A stretch of DNA of 63,640 bases, filler included, from Atractiella rhizophila (Eukaryota): assembly GCA_021432655.1 (NCBI GenBank). It is 10 parts of 10 records of this genome, joined end to end, with 100 filler letters (N's around TTAATTAATTAA, not from the genome) between each part and the next. Parts side by side here need not be neighbours in the genome. Positions count along the whole stretch, not along the records: positions 60,082 to 63,640 come from MU272295.1; 9 more parts are not named here. The stretch is one strand, 5' to 3'. The notes beneath the pieces are model-generated. The model saw nothing but the letters and a program-made list of their open reading frames with translations, did no database searches and had not been told where the DNA came from. Position 1 is the stretch's first letter. Every line of letters begins with the position of its first letter. A program made the translations under genes and the position numbers. Below are positions 59,982-63,640 of the stretch, in pieces.

Positions 59982-60081
59982 NNNNNNNNNNNNNNNNNNN
60001 NNNNNNNNNNNNNNNNNNNNNNNNNTTAATTAATTAANNNNNNNNNNNNNNNNNNNNNNNNNNNNNNNNNNNNNNNNNNNN
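59982..60081. other. Artificial scaffold linker
   Basis: N44-TTAATTAATTAA-N44. Confidence 0.98.
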
Positions 60082-60872
60082 ATTTCCTTCTACCTCCCCC
60101 ACAATGACACCATAGCAGAACTCGACCTCTTTGCATCCATACGTACTCGGTATACCCCCGACCTTCAAGCCGTTGTTTCACGCTATGTCGAGCGTTCGTC
60201 AGCCGTTTCATTTCCTTTACAAAACTGAACAAGGGACCTACAACAGTTGTGGCTCCTTTCGTCTCCAGCTCGACCTTCGATGACGTCTATCCTGCACTCG
60301 AAGTTACGCCCAATCTCACGCGGCGATTTATCAATATTATGTCGCAGCCAAAGCTCAATCAAAGTTGGGGTTATAGTACACGCGCTCCTGCAAGCACAGA
60401 TTTGAGCCAGGCACAACTCCCTCAGATCGATCCAACCACCAAAGCCATTGTGTCTGAAGCCGTACCCGTGCTTCAGTGAGTTTCATTTTCGGAAGAGGAC
60501 CACTTGAATAACACGCAGTTAGTGCGAATTTCGGCATTTGCCCTGATCCTACTGGAGCTGGATGTGGGCATTTTATTTTGTTTTATGGACGACTCTGGCC
60601 CATCCCCCCCGTCAGGGTAAGCGTTGGTCTCTTCAATACAAAATTGCCGACGCGATCCTTTTTCTCTGTGATACAGCGTACATTCCGTTTCTGCTGAGTA
60701 GAATGTGGCTAACAAGCAACAGCCCTTCAACCACGAGCCAAATTTCGCAGCCCTGGCATCTACAGAGCTTGCCTTCGAGAATACCATGGTTGTCTCACGA
60801 GCAATAGCCGAGCTAGCAACTATTTTGGCAGCCGATAAGGAAGCAATGGCAGAGTATGCCTTCCTTTGCTGA
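60082..60872 (+). CDS. Possible 3' exons of an unidentified gene
   Basis: Protein-like open frames separated by GTGAGT...CAG (~60476) and GTAAGC (~60617) introns, ending ...EAMAEYAFLC*. No family recognised. Confidence 0.3.
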
Positions 60873-61929
60873 ACGAGATAAAGCTGATATTGTGTGATTG
60901 TCATTGGCAGTGCTAGAGCTCTTGTGCTTTCTTCTTAAAGGATCAGTTTAGTTCTTTCGGGAGTGAGTTTGGAAGACACAGGCATATTTATGTAGATTCT
61001 GAATCGACTGCCTCTGTGCCAGAAATGTAAGCCTGCCTGACAGCCAGACTACAAGAGACTTCGAATTCTGTAAACCTGAAACAACAAATTGTTGAAGGTG
61101 TGATACTGAAACAGTCGCCGAACCGATATGCAAGATAGGCAGACGCGTCAAACAGGATTGGGATTTCGCGACATCGCCCGCGATATTCGAGTTCCATCCG
61201 CTCAGACGAAGGCCACGTAATCCAGAGGTTAATTGAAGACAGCTCCCAAAGGCAGCAGGTGGCGTATAAAGCAGCAAGGATGTTAAATTGAAACGATTTA
61301 TTCAGAACTGCTGCTATAATTTTTTTTTGCTAGGTCTGGAAATATCAAATCAAACACAAAAGTCGTGAACAAGATGAAATAGCCACAACAAGTTGCGGAC
61401 TTGGTTCGGCGCTGAAAACACTTGGGAAAGTCACCTTTCACCGCGAGTGCAGTGAGTGACTCATACTCAACAATGACGATGATTATTTGAAGGAAGCATA
61501 TTCGCATCCCAAAATTGCATGTCGGGCTGTCTCCATCTCCTCAACTATGATTGCCGTTTAACCAAACTCTCTTTCCTTGCTCCGAACTATCTACTAGAGG
61601 GGATTGTGGTGCAGGCAGACGGGTAGGCTGTGATGAGTTGGGACTTGGGATGCTTGGGAAGCAAGCGAAGGGATCGCCAAAGTCGTCGTTGATTTTGACT
61701 CTGTACGTTTTGTTTCTCAATTGATCTACATCTAGCTGGACTTCAGCCTTGGACTGTCTTCAAGTTCTTAATCTGTTGTTATCGGTGACACAACGCTTAG
61801 GGGTCCATGTGGATCAAAGGAAAGGGGAGAAGAAAAGAAAGACGATGTAGTAGCCATTTTCATCTGTAGCGTTGATGGAAGTAATCAGGCACATGCACGG
61901 AAAAGCTCTGTTTTGCATTGAAGATGGTC

Positions 61930-62464
61930 TGTGATATATATAACGCGACTAAGTGAGAGCTGGCAAGGCTCGTTTAGCGGCGGTGAGTTCGAAATAATGG
62001 GTTCTAAAACATGTTTGCATAGTATAAGAAAAGGAACATAGAAGCATAAGTAACAATGAAGTATGCGTACCTAAAACACCCAAAGAGTCCGCGAGGGCTA
62101 ACAGAGAGCGGACAAGGCTGTTGGCGCAGCCCTACGAAAGAGAACGGACATGAATAAGCGGGAAGAGGGTGAAAAGGAAATAACACACCCTCTTTGAGTG
62201 TTCTAGAACGATAAAATACCTCGAACTCGGAAAGGGAGATGAAATGTGACCTTAAACAAGTGCCGATGAGCAAAGCACAATAAAGGTAGAAATTAACGAG
62301 TACTCACCTCACACACAGCACTAGCTCTACCTCAATACAGGCAAGCTCAGAGAAGATGGTGGTTGTGTGTGAGGGAGAGAAACGAGGTCACGGAAGCAAG
62401 ACTGCGACAAAAGAAAATGACTCATAAAGTACGAAGAATGTTCATCTATGTTATTCGTATTACA
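61930..62464 (-). repeat. 3' LTR (~535 bp) of a Ty3/Gypsy element
   Basis: It begins TGTAATA immediately after the polypurine tract (minus-strand AGGAGGGGGGAGGG, 62478-62465). The probable end ...TATCACA at 61930 forms an imperfect terminal inverted repeat. The distal boundary is inferred. Confidence 0.7.
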
Positions 62465-63640
62465 CCCTCCCCCCTCCTAAGACCGAAGCGTCCTCGCGAG
62501 GTGCCTAATGAGACTACGCACGTCGTCTCCTGCCTCTTCCCTTCTTTCTCCCTCTTTCCCCTCGCCCAGAACTCATCCAACAACTCCTTGCAGTTGGTGA
62601 GATTCTCCTTCGGTTCCCACGTCGCCTCTGAATGGTGCTCACCCGCCCAGTGGACAAGGTATTTGTTCCCTCGAACCTCTAGTATCTGCTGGACTTCCTG
62701 CTCCTCTTCTTCTTCGAGGACAGTGGGGCAGGGGGACAGCGAGTTTGCGACGGGAGGAGATGGCTGATGGAGTTGTGTCAGAGAGCCACGGTTTCAGGAG
62801 AGACGAGTGGAAGACGGGGTGGATGCGAGACATGGAGTCGGGGAGGCCGAGGCGGAATGCAACGGGGGAGACGACTTCGTTGATTCGGAAAGGGCCGATC
62901 CAGAGGTCGTCGAGTTTGCGGGATGGGCGGCGTAACCGTAAGTTCTTCGTGCTTAACCAAGCATAATCACCTTCCTTAAACTCCACCTCTCCACGTTTCA
63001 CGTCTGCGTATCGCGCTTGGCGTTCCTGAGCGGTTTCTAATCTCCTCCTTCACCTTTTTGTGTAGGTCTTGAAGACGAAGGACGAGGTGCTCTGCTTTCG
63101 GATTGACGGTTTCGCCGGTGTACGATGAAGACGGAAAGCGAGGGTTGAAGCCGTAGTTGATGAAGAATGGGGTTTCGTTGGTTGTAGCTGAAGGGGTATT
63201 GTTGATAGTGAACTCTGCTAATGGAAGCAGTTCTTCCCAGTCGTCCTGATTGTACGAGATGTAAGCGCGTAAGACTTGCTCCAATGTCCGATTCGTTCGC
63301 TCCGTCTGGCCGTCCGTTTGCGGGTGGTAGGACGTCGAGGTCTTCAAATCCGTTTTGAAACGTCGGAAGAGCTCCTGCCAGAAGGAAGCGATGAATTTGG
63401 GGTCGCGATCGGAAACGATGGAAAGGGGAACACCGTGTCGAGCCACACATTGGAGGAAGAGAATGGCGGTCTGTTCTGCGGTGTTATCCTTGCGGCACGG
63501 GAGGAAATGAACCATTTTGGAGAAGCGATCCACAATTACGAGAATAGAGTCGTGAGCGAGCGTCGTAAGAGGAAGATCGGTGATGAAATCCATTGAAATG
63601 GATTCCCACGGCACTGCTGGAATTGGGAGTGGCTGGAGTT
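62465..63640 (-). mobile_element. Ty3/Gypsy chromovirus pol 3' end: integrase, GPY/F motif, chromodomain; frameshifted
   Basis: PWESISMDFITDLP, VDRFSKM, IVSDRDPKF, YHPQTDGQTERTN, WIGPF, IHPVFHSSLLKP, and chromodomain YLVHWAGEHHSEATWEPKENL. Frame breaks near 63041 and ~62760. Confidence 0.95.

Noticed and set aside
6672..60037. Regularly spaced TTAATTAATTAA palindromes about every 6.7 kb as a biological repeat or array
   Set aside because: Each is embedded in exactly 44+44 N. This is a standard six-frame-stop linker, and the spacing reflects size-sorted contigs.
60948..61560. Possible decayed F-box/LRR gene next to the LTR
   Set aside because: Only vague Leu-rich scraps in different frames, too weak to call.

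Overview
This is fungal DNA, not prokaryotic. Short GT-AG introns with CTGAC/CTAAC branch sites and the gene and transposon content suggest a basidiomycete, possibly Pucciniomycotina (inference). The window is not one locus. It is ten unrelated small scaffolds joined by an artificial 100-nt linker (N44-TTAATTAATTAA-N44) and sorted by decreasing length, so neighbourhood across linkers has no meaning. Recognisable genes: SAPS/SIT4-associated protein, ITT1/RNF14-type RWD-RBR ligase, ADE8 (3' part), UBA4, RFC1 (3' part), RPL33, a DltE-like SDR, BioDA (5' part), a single-RRM protein, SEM1 (3' part), NUG1, F-box and ankyrin proteins, and several hypothetical genes. Mobile DNA: two hAT relics, a PIF/Harbinger element with its left terminus, CACTA/EnSpm fragments, a pogo/Fot1-type transposase, a Ty3/Gypsy chromovirus 3' end with PPT and LTR, and a probable tRNA-derived SINE. 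I found no convincing multi-gene novel system. The best leads are a probable 1-nt exon in the RRM gene, the SINE with a structured 3' end, and an orphan single-pass membrane protein with autophagy-receptor-like architecture. A 96-bp duplication of a splice acceptor, a GC-AG intron and single-base frameshifts (some probably sequencing errors) are also noted.
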